64,000 nucleotides of DNA from NCBI GenBank assembly GCA_951406725.2, contig OX597816.1, positions 131,688,001 to 131,752,000 of the forward strand, in the 5' to 3' direction. This document shows, in pieces, positions 63,680 to 64,000 of the stretch. Made by a program: the position numbers and the translations under genes. Each line of letters begins with the position of its first letter. The stretch's first letter is position 1. The stretch comes from Octopus vulgaris (taxonomy: Eukaryota). The notes beneath the pieces are model-generated. The model had not been told where the DNA came from and searched no databases. It saw only the letters and a list, made by a program, of their open reading frames with translations.

Positions 63680-64000
63680 TATCATCATCATCATTATCAT
63701 CATCCTTTTATACCCATTTTTCCATTTGCATGGGCTTGATGTGTCCTCTCCAGCACAGTTTCTTGCAACAAGTTGTAATGTTTTGTCAGCTTCTTCATGA
63801 GGTTAAACCTTCTTAAGATTTCACATTTTCTTTTCATATTTCCATTGTTCTTCCTCTTGCACCTGTTCCTTCCAACTTAGATTCTTTGGCAATTCTTTAC
63901 TCCTCCTTCCCCCATATACATCACATGTCCATACTAGCTCAGTCTCTTTTGTTGCATTCTGTATCTGATTCCTCTTATACCCTTTTTTTCCCTCTCTGCC
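63680..64000 (-). mobile_element. RTE-clade LINE 3' end running off the window
   Basis: GIRGIRYRMQQKRLS*YGHVMYM...LEGTGARGR and a (GAT)n tail. Confidence 0.8.

Overview
AT-rich, very repeat-dense eukaryotic DNA. The microsatellite load and the SINE/LINE families suggest a coleoid cephalopod, probably Octopus; this is an inference from repeat style, not a database match. I found no intact protein-coding gene, tRNA, rRNA or CRISPR array. Nearly all ORFs in the supplied track are translated microsatellites or decayed transposon fragments, so the window is probably intronic or intergenic. It contains three modular tRNA-derived SINE families (called A, B and C here), many (GAT)n-tailed 3' ends of an RTE-clade LINE, RTE and R4/Dong LINE remnants, non-autonomous Helitrons, mariner/Tc1/maT (DD37D) relics, hAT MITEs with 8-bp TSDs and a solo LTR. 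The most striking signal is a series of fold-back (palindromic) insertions at (TA)n microsatellites, ranging from near-perfect to decayed. The largest has 410-bp arms with 1 mismatch (20005-20833). It encodes the C-terminus of a Penelope-like (PLE) protein and carries a hammerhead-ribozyme-like motif. Fold-back mariner/Tc1 derivatives are also present, and four long hairpins lie within 19.3-23.1 kb. All coordinates were read by eye. Edges of decayed elements are approximate, and family assignments rest on recognised motifs, not searches.
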